Assembly (NCBI GenBank): GCA_947628795.1
Contig: CANRBF010000002.1
Location: 166,777-230,776, forward strand
Direction of reading: 5' to 3'
DNA from: an uncultured Monoglobus sp.
GTDB lineage: Bacteria > Bacillota > Clostridia > Monoglobales > Monoglobaceae
DNA: 64,000 nucleotides
A program made the translations under genes and the position numbers. Positions 1 through 10,269 of this stretch are shown in pieces. Under the pieces are notes generated by a model. That model made no database searches and had not been told where the DNA came from. It was given only the letters and a program-made list of their open reading frames with translations. The first letter of the stretch is position 1. Each line of letters starts with the position of its first letter.

Positions 1-3000
1 TATCCTGGTAAATCCTCAACCGTGGTTATAGCCGACAGCTTAAAGTCAAGAATTATATCATCTTTTTCATAAACCTTGTGATTCTCAAAAAACTCTTTAA
101 CTTTTTGACGTTCTTCCGCTGTCAAAGGTTTATAATCATCTTGGTTTTCGCATATATAATTATCTTTTCCATTACTATTTAGCTCTTTATCAAGCAAATT
201 TTTAATTGTTGCGTCTCCGTCAATGTCCGTTTTATACACGCCATATACTGTGAAATTCGCGGCCATAGACATATCCTTAAGAACATCTGGAGTCCAGTCT
301 GCATGAATACGCAAAGAAGTTGAAGGATTAATAACATATCCCACATCGTTAGCGTATATCTCTTTCATGTATGTTGAACCGCTGTTAGCTTGCTCATAAA
401 GGCTCAGAGTAAGTATACTGGTGTTCGCGCTGTTTTTATCAATAATCTGAGACTCATTAAACTTTCTGTCGTGTTTGCCGGCTGTCGTGACACCGTGGGT
501 CACAACTGCCTCTCCGGACATCGGATCCGAATACGTGATCGTAATTGTTACATTATATTTTGTATCGGCGGGATCAAACGCTTCCATATCAATGGGTATA
601 CTGTAGTAACCGTTTGAATTGGTTTTTGTCTCATACACGATTTTTTCTTCGGGACTTTTATCACTATATTGACCGGGATGCAATTTTTGCAAATTACTAT
701 AAGTGCCATATTCAGCTTTAACATTTGCGTCCGGAAGTTCTCTGTCATTGGTAAGCTTATCATATGTACCTTTTACACTTTGTGTGGGGTCATCAAGAAA
801 AACAAATCCGGTGATTATTTTCTGCGTGTCAAGACTGTTCATAGCAATTAATTGATCCATGGTTTTTTTGTATTCGGTTGGAGCCGGAATATAAGTCCAA
901 ACATCCACAATACCATGGTCACACCCCGCATCATGTGTTGATGTGACTCCACTAGGTATAGTACTATCGCCGGCAACAATAAACTGTGCCGCTTTCTTGG
1001 TTGATTTTCTGTCACTCTCATCACCAAGCCCGTGACTGCTGTCATATTCATAGGAATTAATACCGTCTATACTGAAATCCTCAAAGACAGCATTACCGCT
1101 AACCCACGCTCTGCCAAGTTTATCCGCATTATCGCTGCGCTGTCCGCTCGCAAAATTATTGATATTATTCGGCAGATTCCACATCCATGTATTATTTATT
1201 TCCTTATTACTCGATGCTTCCTTATCTTGATAAGTAAAATCACGCAGCAAACTTAAATCAAGATTATTGTAATACAGCTTGGAACGAGCCGCAATTTTAG
1301 ATGTCAAATTACTGCCTGTCTCCATCCACTCGGGAGCATTTTCAAGCCATATTCCCAAACCATTTTTCATCGATTCAACATCACCGAGCGGAAAATGGAT
1401 TTCACCGGCTTTCGGCTCCGCATATACCTCGCCCATACCGGTATCGCCAAAATATGTTCCGATAGGCAAAATTCTACCGTACTGATCACGTCCGTCCCAC
1501 TTAATTCTGTTTACGCCGTCAACAGCCGCATTGCCCAGCATTATTTTTCCGAGTGATTTGTATTTTTTACCCTCCAACATCTGCTTAGTTTCGGGTGTTG
1601 CAGGATCACCAGTAATCCCTGCATCAGCCGGAAGATCTTCAATCTTAATGTAGTTCTGACGCGCCTCCGGTTCACTTATATCACCCTGATTGGTGGGATG
1701 TCTGTTCGGATTACTATTATCTTTGAGCTTTGCATTAGTTTTTATAACTTTCCATTTGCTTTGATTTTTATCATAAAATATAAAATTATAGTCATTATCT
1801 GTGCTCAGACATATTTCCTCATTATGCTCATTTCCGTATTCTGAATTCTCGTCAAATTTTGCGCCACCATCCATCTCACCATGATAATGTATTGCGTACA
1901 TATTACTCATGTCAATTATAATTCTGTATGATGTAACACCTTTTGTCCTGACTTCAAAATATCCTCCGACTCCGGCATAACCCGACTCGTTTACGGTTTG
2001 ACCAACCGTATCATCATTTCCGGTTTTGCCATCAAAACGTATGCTCTCAATCTCACCTATTTTTTGAGGAACAGCCTGAACAATGCTGTCTGACATAGTA
2101 ACATCGGGATAATTAAAAAACATATGATATGGCGAGTCAATATCAGTTACAGCGTTATCCGGACCAAGAATCAATATACCGTCCGGATTTCCGTTTTTAT
2201 CAACGCTGTTTTTATAAAAATCAAATTTTGTGTAATTAGTGAGAGGTGCATGAACCGAATGATACGCGGACGCATTGGTTCCGCTTCCTATTCCTCCTCT
2301 TGAATTAGCGTACATAGCGAATGTGTTCGGAGCCATACCGTTTAGAGAAAATCTCCATATATAACCGTCTCGCGTAACGCAATATAAATCTCCGTATATA
2401 CCTTTGCCGGTTTCCTGAAGCGAGAGCGCGTCCATCCATACACGTCCGGATAATCCGTTATATGAATCTCCCTCTTTTTTCGCAACAGTAACATCAAAAG
2501 AATGGAAATGAGTTGAATCACTATTAAAATCGCCGGTATGGTTCATATTATAAGAACCTTTACCGTCCGTCATGGTTTTAGATTTAAAATCCACAATATA
2601 AACTCCGGACTGGGTCGCTTCTTTAGACCATGCAGTAAAGCCTGTACCTTCTGCATTGCTTTTATCGGGCAACTTAACGCCTATCGGTCCGCCATCCTCT
2701 TGAGCCCTGTTTTTTATCAAACCTTTTTCTTCGGTTAAATCAATGTTTTCGGTACTTCCATCCGGATATGTAAGAACCGCGTCAACACTACCACTGACAG
2801 AATTCTGCGCAAGATAAAAATACTCGCCCTGAAACGCGTAAAACTTGATTCTCTGCTGATCCTTAACACCCATAAATGAAGTATCATTATTTGTTGCTCT
2901 AAATGACCAACGCGAAACATTTTCGCTTTCTTCGGAGTTAGATACACCTAACGCATTTGCGTTTTCTATCGTTGTGCGCACTATGTCTCTTGAGCCTTCG

Positions 3001-3090
3001 GCGTGGACCGCGGCGGCTCCGCAGAGAAGCGTCATGGCGCAAACCAGAGTCATAATGATTTTAATAAAAAATTTACTGTTTGCCTTTCTC
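1..3090 (-). CDS. Large secreted adhesin-like surface protein. The start codon is at 3090 and the 3' end lies beyond the window start. N-terminal signal peptide MRKANSKFFIKIIMTLVCAMTLLCGAAAVHA. Cna-B-like 'TNSNGYYSI' motif.
   Basis: Continuous minus-strand reading frame from the ATG at 3088-3090 (RBS upstream) to position 1 with no stop. It is absent from the ORF track because it runs off the edge. GC is about 40% against about 58% in neighbouring genes. Confidence 0.55.
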
Positions 3091-3310
3091 ATAATTTTTT
3101 CTCCCTTATATTTTAATATTAATAATTTACAAACCAAATAATAAACAAATAACCCCCCCCCGATGGAAATTTCACATCGGGAGGGATTGTGCGCATGTCT
3201 TTAATATTATGCCACAAAATTCATGCAAAATCAAGAGTTTTTTCGCTAAAATTTACGCAAAAACAAAATTTCTTTATTTTTGCTTATAAATTTATTACTA
3301 TTGAAATATA

Positions 3311-3336
3311 AAGAAAAAACCGCCAATGGCGGTTTA
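3311..3336 (-). terminator. Rho-independent terminator downstream of the tRNA-Ser (hairpin AACCGCC-aat-GGCGGTT followed by a U-run on the minus strand)
   Basis: Perfect 7-bp stem at 3318-3334; the minus strand continues with TTTTTTC. Confidence 0.5.
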
Positions 3337-3343
3337 AAAATAT

Positions 3344-3432
3344 TGGCGGACGGGGTGGGATTCGAACCCACGTGCCGTTTCCGACAAACTGATTTCGAGT
3401 CAGCCCCGTTATGACCACTTCGATACCCGTCC
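3344..3432 (-). tRNA. tRNA-Ser (anticodon CGA), class II tRNA with long variable arm, CCA encoded
   Basis: Manual fold: acceptor GGACGGG/CCCGTCC, anticodon stem GCTGA/TCAGT with loop CTCGAAA (U33, anticodon CGA, A37), 15-nt variable arm, T-arm GTGGG-TTCGAAT-CCCAC, discriminator G plus CCA. Confidence 0.8.
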
Positions 3433-3658
3433 GTATTGCAACTATGTTATACTACCATAAATTTTTTATAATTGCAAGTCTTTTTTTCAAAAAATTAAAT
3501 AATTTTCTTAATTTATTTTATAATCATTCGCTTTAAAGTATTTTTTTCTTAGATTTTCTTTTTTACGGTAATGTTCACAAACACGCAAAATCTAATATCA
3601 TATTTAAAATAAACGGCTGTTATAGACAGAGCATATAAAAATATTTTAAATTTATGTA

Positions 3659-3687
3659 TTGACAAAGAAAATCAAATTATATATAAT
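3659..3687 (+). promoter_or_regulatory. Consensus sigma-A promoter TTGACA-17-TATAAT driving the riboswitch transcript
   Basis: Exact -35 TTGACA (3659-3664), 17-nt spacer, exact -10 TATAAT (3682-3687). Confidence 0.55.
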
Positions 3688-3714
3688 GAACCAAACAATT
3701 GAATATTCACACAA

Positions 3715-3905
3715 AGTGTCGGCGCGTCCGTTTGGGGCGCGTCGGTGAAAAGGGAATCGGGTGTGAGCCCCGAACGGTACTGCCGCTGTATGCGCTTGAT
3801 GTTTTTGCTCGTCGGCGAAAGCCGGTCATTGGGAAACCGAGAAGGCGGAGCAAGATCAAGGCTTGTATGCAAGCTTTAAGAGCGCGAGTCAGAAGACCTG
3901 CTTTG
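3715..3905 (+). ncRNA. Cobalamin (B12) riboswitch
   Basis: Conserved core GAAAAGGGAAUCGGGUGUGAGCCCCG...CUGCCGCUGUA (B12-box-like), then GCCGGUCAUUGGGAAACCGAGAAGGCGG and a 3' GAAGACCUGC end. It closely parallels known cobalamin riboswitch aptamers (e.g. the Tte and E. coli btuB leaders). Confidence 0.7.
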
Positions 3906-4018
3906 ATGCCGTGTTGTGTTTATCGGATATTTCGGTATAGACGCGGCAGTCTCGTTCGCGTATTTTAAATACGCCTATTTGAGATGTGCAGCGCGGAAAA
4001 ACAGCCGTGGTAATTTTC

Positions 4019-4162
4019 ATCCGCGCCTTCTATGGCGCCCTCTGCTATACCCTCAGCGCAGCCAACATCCGCGCCTTCTATGGCACCATCCGCGATACCC
4101 TCGACACAGCCTACATTCGAGCTTTCTGCAACTCCTTTTGTGAAACCTTCGGTGCAGCCGAC
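4019..4162 (+). repeat. Three tandem imperfect 48-bp repeats inside the 5' end of the ORF (they encode APSAIPSAQPTS-like Pro/Ser/Thr/Ala-rich units)
   Basis: ATCCGCGCCTTCTATGGCGCCCTCTGCTATACCCTCAGCGCAGCCAAC repeated with substitutions. Confidence 0.7.
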
Positions 4163-4478
4163 AATTACTCCGACGACCGATCAAAAAAACGAGTGGGCAT
4201 ACGTTATCAGCGATTTAATAATTTCTGATCAAATAATTAATGTGAGCGTAACCAAAATATCCGATTTGGAGTCAAAACTGATTATCGCGTCTTATACCGA
4301 CGATAATGTCCTTGTTGATATAAACTCGGCTGATATTTTGACCGATATCGGAGAGACTTCCGAAATAACTATGAAGTTAAATTTAAAAAATGCCGCCTAT
4401 GTTAAAGCGTTCGTTTGGGACGATTTTGACGATGCGCGACCGCTTTCGGAATGTCTGGAAACTAATTTTAAACAATAA
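4032..4478 (+). CDS. Hypothetical protein: PT-rich tandem-repeat N-terminus and a roughly 100-aa C-terminal domain, with no signal peptide. The only ORF downstream of the cobalamin riboswitch.
   Basis: ORF track. The reading frame is closed 7 codons upstream by TAA at 4011. A terminator follows. Confidence 0.35.
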   Translation: MAPSAIPSAQPTSAPSMAPSAIPSTQPTFELSATPFVKPSVQPTITPTTDQKNEWAYVISDLIISDQIINVSVTKISDLESKLIIASYTDDNVLVDINSADILTDIGETSEITMKLNLKNAAYVKAFVWDDFDDARPLSECLETNFKQ

Positions 4479-4497
4479 TCATCCATAATTATAACTC

Positions 4498-4537
4498 GAG
4501 AGGAGCGCTTATCACAAGCCTCCTCTCACTCTTTTCG
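4498..4537 (+). terminator. Rho-independent terminator (GAGAGGAG-14 nt loop-CTCCTCTC then T-rich)
   Basis: 8-bp perfect stem followed by actcttttcg. Confidence 0.5.
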
Positions 4538-4636
4538 TATTCTGTGGTATTCCTTGTCTTTTATTCCTCATAAGATATTTGTATAAAATGTCATTTTAGG
4601 CTTGGAACAGCTGTTTAAATGTCCGTAATAAAACTA

Positions 4637-4948
4637 TTATCGGGAATTCGATTTTAGAAATGCTCTTATTTTGCCTTTTGGGTCCTTTATGAGCAAAACA
4701 ACAAGCCATATCACAAGACCGAGCGCCGTGACTGAAAGTCCGAGATAAGCGTCGTTGAGCATTTCGACAGGAGCGGGAGTAAAATACTCCGCACCGATCT
4801 CTAAATATTCCGCGACCGCGTCAACGAGCCACATAAGCGACGCGCCCCAATACATCAGCGCGAGAAAACCGAGCTTCATATCGCTCTTTGTGTTGTACCA
4901 CACAAGCGTTGCGGCCACAGCCGCGAAAACTGTTATTAAAAGCGTCAT
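4637..4948 (-). CDS. Small membrane protein (about 3 TM helices), paralog of 7180-7539
   Basis: Hydrophobic segments. It shares the C-terminal ...LKSNS[RQ] and a conserved 3' flank (ATTAT[CT]GGGAATT[CA]GATTTTAG) with the second copy. Confidence 0.5.
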   Translation of the reverse strand: MTLLITVFAAVAATLVWYNTKSDMKLGFLALMYWGASLMWLVDAVAEYLEIGAEYFTPAPVEMLNDAYLGLSVTALGLVIWLVVLLIKDPKGKIRAFLKSNSR

Positions 4949-5033
4949 TCCGCCTCGTTCCTCCTATTTTAAAATATAGTTTGATACTGTGTATAATTAT
5001 ATTACCGATATGCTTTTATGTCAATAACACAAA

Positions 5034-5921
5034 TCAATTATTACCGAATTGTTCTTTAAGTATATCCGCGAAGTCTTTGATACATTTTTTGTTATTGTCG
5101 GTTTTCCAAAAAGCGCAGTATTTTGTCTTTATCGGCTTTCCGCGGCGGCTCAGCGGCACCCGCGCGATGTCCTTTGAAAACCGGTGCGGAAGGCTGCCGC
5201 CCTCAACGGGCACATAGCCTTTGCCGCCGACGACCATGAGCCGCGCCTCCTCAAGATTTTCCGCGAACACAAACTCGCCGTCTATCCCGTATATCTCGTG
5301 ATAGTGGGTTTGGTCATTCTCAAACTGACTTTTGGCCGACACCAGTATGCACGGCGTGTTTCTCAGCTCGTCCGCATTCACGAATCGCTTTTCCGACAGC
5401 GGATCGCGTTTTGAGATCTCAATGCAGCAGTTCATCTCGCTGAGCGGCAGGTTGACATACTCATCCGAAAACGCTCTGCGCAGATCGTTCAGCACGATAT
5501 CCACGCAGCCCAGACGCAGCATGTTATATACTTCCTCGTGGGTCCCGCTTTTTATGTCAAGAGTTATGTCCGGGTATTTTTCCGAGAACTGCGCCAAAGC
5601 CTTTTGAAATTCCTGACCGCCATAGCTCTTTTGATAGCAGACCCTCAGCGTGTTGCTGCCGCCTCTGGAAATGCGCACCGTCTCGCGGCACAGCTTGTCG
5701 AGGTCGGATGTGATCAGCAGACTCTTTTTGTAAAAATGCTCTCCGGCGGGCGTAAGACTGAATTTGCGGTTGCCGCGGTTTAAGAGCATAACGCCGAGCT
5801 CGCGCTCAAGCGCCTGCACCTGCTGGGAGATCGCCGACTGCGATATAAAACATTCCTCTGCCGCGGCGCTGAAGCTGCCGCGCCTTACTACCGCCTGAAA
5901 ATACCTGATTTGTTTAAGCAT
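5034..5921 (-). CDS. LysR-family transcriptional regulator
   Basis: N-terminal HTH MLKQIRYFQAVVRRGSFSAAAEECFISQSAISQQVQALE; start chosen at the ATG preceded by GAGGTG. Confidence 0.85.
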   Translation of the reverse strand: MLKQIRYFQAVVRRGSFSAAAEECFISQSAISQQVQALERELGVMLLNRGNRKFSLTPAGEHFYKKSLLITSDLDKLCRETVRISRGGSNTLRVCYQKSYGGQEFQKALAQFSEKYPDITLDIKSGTHEEVYNMLRLGCVDIVLNDLRRAFSDEYVNLPLSEMNCCIEISKRDPLSEKRFVNADELRNTPCILVSAKSQFENDQTHYHEIYGIDGEFVFAENLEEARLMVVGGKGYVPVEGGSLPHRFSKDIARVPLSRRGKPIKTKYCAFWKTDNNKKCIKDFADILKEQFGNN

Positions 5922-6179
5922 TAAATCACCTCGGTTATATATAAATTTTATCATAACGCTTTATTGTTTTCAATTCGGTTTGGTTATGCTTATAATAAGT
6001 GTTTCTTATGCGAAAAAATCCGAGTTTGCGTTTATAAGCCACGCTTATAAAAACTATAATAAATCGGAATTGATTTCAAGAGACCGATACGCTATAATAT
6101 ATGTATACCAACTTCCCTGACAAACCTAATGAAGGCTTTTTAAGGCTTTCGGTTTGTAACCATAACCCTTTACGAACAG

Positions 6180-6206
6180 AGGCTGCCGCTTAGCGGCAGC
6201 TTCCTG
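6180..6206 (-). terminator. Terminator hairpin GCTGCCGC-TTAG-GCGGCAGC downstream of the 6210-6974 gene
   Basis: 8-bp perfect stem. Confidence 0.45.
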
Positions 6207-6209
6207 TTA

Positions 6210-6974
6210 TTACCCTTCGTTTACTTTTGAATATGCTTCGTCATCGACAGCTTCAAGCCATTCGTTTGACGAGTTTTCTCCGGGAACCTCAACGGCGAGA
6301 TGCGAAAACCACGAATCGGCCGCCGCTCCGTGCCAATGCTTCACTCCGACGGGGATATTAACACAATCGCCCGGCTTCATTTCAACCGCGTCTTTGCCCC
6401 ATTCCTGATAATATCCGCGTCCGCCGACGCATATAAGTATCTGACCGCCGCCCTTGTCGGCGTTGTGGATATGCCAGTTGTTGCGGCAGCCCGGCTCGAA
6501 TGTGACGTTGAATATTCCGACCTGCTCGACAGACACGGGCGCGATATAGCTCTGCCCCGTGAAATATTGCGCAAAGCCGTCGTTCGGCGCGCCAATCGGG
6601 AATAAAATCGTGTTCTGATATTTGTCTTTCTCGGTCTCGGCATTTTCGTTTTCCGACCAAACTCCCTTCGCCATGTTGAACACCGCCCACGCCTTGGGCC
6701 AGCCGACATAAAACGCGGCGTGGGTGACTATCGCCGCGATCTCCGCTCGGGTAACTCCGTGCGCCTTCGCGTTTTCAAGATGATATGTCAGCGACGAGTC
6801 TGTGATGCCCGATGACATCAGCGCGACAACCGTGATAATGCAGCGCGTTTTTAAGTCAATATCCTCATTGTTCCAGTTCTCTCCGAAGAGAACGTCGTCG
6901 TTAAAATGCGCGAACTCGGGCGCGAACTCCCCGAGCGACTTTCTTCCCGCTGTTTGAACTATTTTTTCACTCAT
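6210..6974 (-). CDS. Carboxymuconolactone decarboxylase (AhpD-like) domain fused to a cupin domain
   Basis: CMD-family N-terminal region, with a cupin-like C-terminal 'GDCVNIPVGVKHWHGA'. Confidence 0.7.
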   Translation of the reverse strand: MSEKIVQTAGRKSLGEFAPEFAHFNDDVLFGENWNNEDIDLKTRCIITVVALMSSGITDSSLTYHLENAKAHGVTRAEIAAIVTHAAFYVGWPKAWAVFNMAKGVWSENENAETEKDKYQNTILFPIGAPNDGFAQYFTGQSYIAPVSVEQVGIFNVTFEPGCRNNWHIHNADKGGGQILICVGGRGYYQEWGKDAVEMKPGDCVNIPVGVKHWHGAAADSWFSHLAVEVPGENSSNEWLEAVDDEAYSKVNEG

Positions 6975-7179
6975 TGAAAATTCCTCCTGTTAAAATTTAA
7001 CTCTACATATATTATATACCTGCTAAATAATAATGTAAAATGCTTGTTTTTCATAGTTATCCATACAAATTTTGTATTGACAAATTACTCGATCAATTTA
7101 TCAAAAACCCTGTTTAATTCTCGATTAAACTTTTAGTCAAGGCCCTATCGAAAAATCATAGGGCCGTATTTTAGGCTCA

Positions 7180-7539
7180 TTATTGGGAATTAGATTTTAG
7201 CAATTCTGTCAGGCGATTCGCCATTGAGTTTGTCACAGCTACAATTCCCGCCCATACCGCGGTGACCGCCGCGGCCATAGCGACTCCGGCTGTCGCCATT
7301 TCTTGTAAGGCCGATACTCCGTTTGTCAAAAACGGCGCCCACAGCACGATCTCGCCGTGCCAGACGTGCTCAAACGCTAAGAGAGCCGAGCCGCCCCAGA
7401 GCATATTGTTGAGCCAGTTAAGTCTTTTGATAAAAGGATTCTTTATCTCGATCTTTTTCTTATCCGCCGATTTGTCGGTGGTTTTCTTTACGATCGTCGT
7501 TACGATAGCTTCCGTTGTAGGTACTAAAAAACATGCCAT
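7180..7539 (-). CDS. Small membrane protein, paralog of 4637-4948
   Basis: Shared C-terminal motif and 3' flank with the first copy. Confidence 0.5.
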   Translation of the reverse strand: MACFLVPTTEAIVTTIVKKTTDKSADKKKIEIKNPFIKRLNWLNNMLWGGSALLAFEHVWHGEIVLWAPFLTNGVSALQEMATAGVAMAAAVTAVWAGIVAVTNSMANRLTELLKSNSQ

Positions 7540-7768
7540 TTTATTATCCTCCTTGTTATAAATTATTGTTTTTATACAAAATAAATTATATCGCTTATAA
7601 TATTTGCTGTCAATATTATGAATCTATGCTTATCAAGTTATAATTTTATTATTCCGCAACCGATCGCGCTCACTTGAGGCGAGGCCGCTGCCCTCGTGGG
7701 TCATGACCGCCATCACCTTTTTGCCGCTCAAGTCAAGCTTTTCAAGCTTGCGGCAGAAGGCGGTTTAT

Positions 7769-8863
7769 CTACTTATTGAAATAAGCGGCAATTTCTTTCA
7801 TTCTTGCCGATTGGTTCGCGTGGAACGGGCAGCGTTTGTCGCAATGTCCGCACTGTATGCAGTTTTCCGCTGTCGCCTCTAAATTTTTGTAATGCTCCTC
7901 GGCAAGCTTGTCGCCCGCTCTGGCGAGGTCATAATATTTGTTTATCAGTCCTATATTCAGCCCTTTAGGACAAGGTTGGCAATGATTACAATAAACACAT
8001 ATACCTTTCGCATCATTAGGCGTGAACGAGCCTATCACGGAATAATCCTTTTCCTCCGCCGAGGTTTCAAAAAAGCCGAGAATATCCATAAGGTCTTTTT
8101 TTTCGCGGTACCCCGGCAGGACCGTTAACACGCCGGGTCTGTCAAGAGCGTATTGCATACATTGATATTTAGTCAATGCCTTTTTAAAGGGCGATGTTTT
8201 CTTATCTAACAGCTGTCCGCCGCTAAAGGGCTTCATTACGGAAATGCCGACGCCCTCTTTTTCGCATCTTTGATAAAGTCCCGTCCTGTCGGACACGCCG
8301 CCGATAGCGTATTCTCCCTTTTGATAATCATATCCCGGATTTATCGAAAACATCAGCATATCAATTATTCCCATGTCTAAAACACTGTTTGCCGTTTCCG
8401 GCGAATGTGACGACAATCCGATATGCCTAACAACACCACGTGCTTTCAGATCCAGGATATACCCGAGAGCGCCGCTTTTTTCGTAATCACTTAAATCGGA
8501 TTTTTCGTCAAGACAATGAATAAATCCAAAGTCAATGTAATCGGTTTTTAGATTATTCAACTGCCAGTCTATTGATCGTTTGATCTTGTCAAGATTTGTT
8601 GTCCATCCGTATTCGCCCGTGGTGTAGTCCGCGCCGAAATGTATTTGAAGATATACTTTATCCCTCGAATCATTTAACGCCTTGCCGTATGCGGGAAAAC
8701 AGGATGCGTGTCCCGCTGCCAGATCAAAAAAGTTAATTCCGTTTTCGACCGCGGCTCTGACTGTTTCTATTATTTCTTTTTCACTCTGCATGCCTATGGC
8801 GGATGAGCCCATTCCTATTATGCCTATCCGTTCTTCTCCGTGAGGGAGCTTTCTGTATTCCAT
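7769..8863 (-). CDS. Aldo/keto reductase with C-terminal 4Fe-4S ferredoxin-type cysteine clusters
   Basis: AKR-like N-terminal region, plus CNHCQPCPKG...CIQCGHCDKRCP. Confidence 0.75.
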   Translation of the reverse strand: MEYRKLPHGEERIGIIGMGSSAIGMQSEKEIIETVRAAVENGINFFDLAAGHASCFPAYGKALNDSRDKVYLQIHFGADYTTGEYGWTTNLDKIKRSIDWQLNNLKTDYIDFGFIHCLDEKSDLSDYEKSGALGYILDLKARGVVRHIGLSSHSPETANSVLDMGIIDMLMFSINPGYDYQKGEYAIGGVSDRTGLYQRCEKEGVGISVMKPFSGGQLLDKKTSPFKKALTKYQCMQYALDRPGVLTVLPGYREKKDLMDILGFFETSAEEKDYSVIGSFTPNDAKGICVYCNHCQPCPKGLNIGLINKYYDLARAGDKLAEEHYKNLEATAENCIQCGHCDKRCPFHANQSARMKEIAAYFNK

Positions 8864-9158
8864 AACGATTCTCCTTTATATTTAAACTTTGCTTTAAGTC
8901 TATTATATAACATCAGCGCAAAACGTTCAAACATATTTTACCTTTGCTGCGTATAATAATTTTATCATAATATTTTTATGCTTTCAATTTGAATTATTTA
9001 TGTTTATAATAAGCGGCTCTTATATGAAATGTTATATACCGCTCTTATATAAAGATGAATGTGGTGTTCTCGCATTTGTTCCGCTCATACTAAGAGCATA
9101 ACCGCATTTGATTTTGCGGTTATGCTCGGCTTTTTGCAATATATTTTCAAGGCGATTA

Positions 9159-9587
9159 TTATCCAAAAATACATTTCTCCAACAACCATATATCCAACAA
9201 TGATACATAATAAATTTCGGACTTATCGGTTTGAAATTCACCATCACTGTTAAACATTCCAATCAAAACACAATTGCCTGCTATATTAATCTCTTTTTTC
9301 TTACCATCCTTGTAATTTATCGTCAATATAGAGGTGGGTGATTCCTGTAATGCGGATTCTTTCGAATAATAGAAATTTATATGTCTTATTTTATTTTCAA
9401 TTTGTTTTACATCATCAGCCGACACAAATTCTTTATCCATAGAGATTTCGACAAATTTCGAATACTGTATGCTCTGTATTTCCGAATAATTGTTTTCTTC
9501 ATGATATGAAATGCTATGTAAAAGCAGATGAATAAGAGCAACCGCCACAAAAATAACCGCAATAATTTTAACGATCTTTCTTGCCAC
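9159..9587 (-). CDS. Hypothetical membrane-anchored protein (low GC)
   Basis: N-terminal TM segment IIAVIFVAVALIHLLL; lies in the low-GC block. Confidence 0.4.
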   Translation of the reverse strand: MARKIVKIIAVIFVAVALIHLLLHSISYHEENNYSEIQSIQYSKFVEISMDKEFVSADDVKQIENKIRHINFYYSKESALQESPTSILTINYKDGKKKEINIAGNCVLIGMFNSDGEFQTDKSEIYYVSLLDIWLLEKCIFG

Positions 9588-9609
9588 TTTTCGTCACCCC
9601 TTTATTTGC

Positions 9610-10239
9610 CTATATGGAATATTCTGTTATCGGAGCGTTTTCGGGACATTTAATCAGCTTGGTTTTATTCTTATCAAACAAAATTCTGTTTTCAGAAGAA
9701 TAATATTGATTTTCAATCCTTACATCTATATTCGACAAATAACTGCAGTCATTGAAAGCCCCATAACCTATTTCCGACACGTTGGCTCCTATTGTAACCG
9801 CCTGCAGCCCGCAGCCGGAAAATGCCTCTTCGGCAATAGAGGTAACTTCGGATGGAACATCATACTTTACATCCGCTTTATTCGGCATATACATAATAAG
9901 CTTTGTTTTATCCTTATTAAATAATACACCATTATCGGAAGTGTACGCCGCACTGCCGGCGGCAACCGTTATTTCCGATACTGACGTGTCGCTAAACGCG
10001 CCGGTTTCAATGTTTGTTACGCTTGCCGGTATGGTGATCCCCGTCAACTTAAAACAACCGCTGAACGCGTAGGCGGCTATGCTTTCGACTCCTTCGGAAA
10101 GATTAACCTCTGCCAACGAATAGCAGGAACCAAAAACGTTGGCATTAATATCCTTTACGCCTGACGGTATTGTTATGGACGGCAAGCTTTCGCATCCCGA
10201 AAACGCATATTCTTCTATACTTGTCAGCGTTTCCGGCAA
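9610..10239 (-). CDS. BspA-type leucine-rich-repeat protein (or fragment). No signal peptide; the track start is a TTG.
   Basis: Repeated '...AFSGC..L..ITIP..V..I...AF' LRR_5-like units. The track 'M' at 10237-10239 is TTG. Confidence 0.5.
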   Translation of the reverse strand: MPETLTSIEEYAFSGCESLPSITIPSGVKDINANVFGSCYSLAEVNLSEGVESIAAYAFSGCFKLTGITIPASVTNIETGAFSDTSVSEITVAAGSAAYTSDNGVLFNKDKTKLIMYMPNKADVKYDVPSEVTSIAEEAFSGCGLQAVTIGANVSEIGYGAFNDCSYLSNIDVRIENQYYSSENRILFDKNKTKLIKCPENAPITEYSI

Positions 10240-10269
10240 ATTATCAGTGTGTTTTTCATATTTGGGAGC

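Noticed and set aside
3100-3300. Hairpin CCCGATG-gaaatttca-CATCGGG and poly-C tract upstream of the adhesin gene, considered as a possible regulatory RNA
   Set aside because: It is an isolated short stem with no conserved motif recognisable.
9032-9262. 76-aa ORF
   Set aside because: It overlaps the 3' end of the 9159-9587 ORF and has no distinguishing features.
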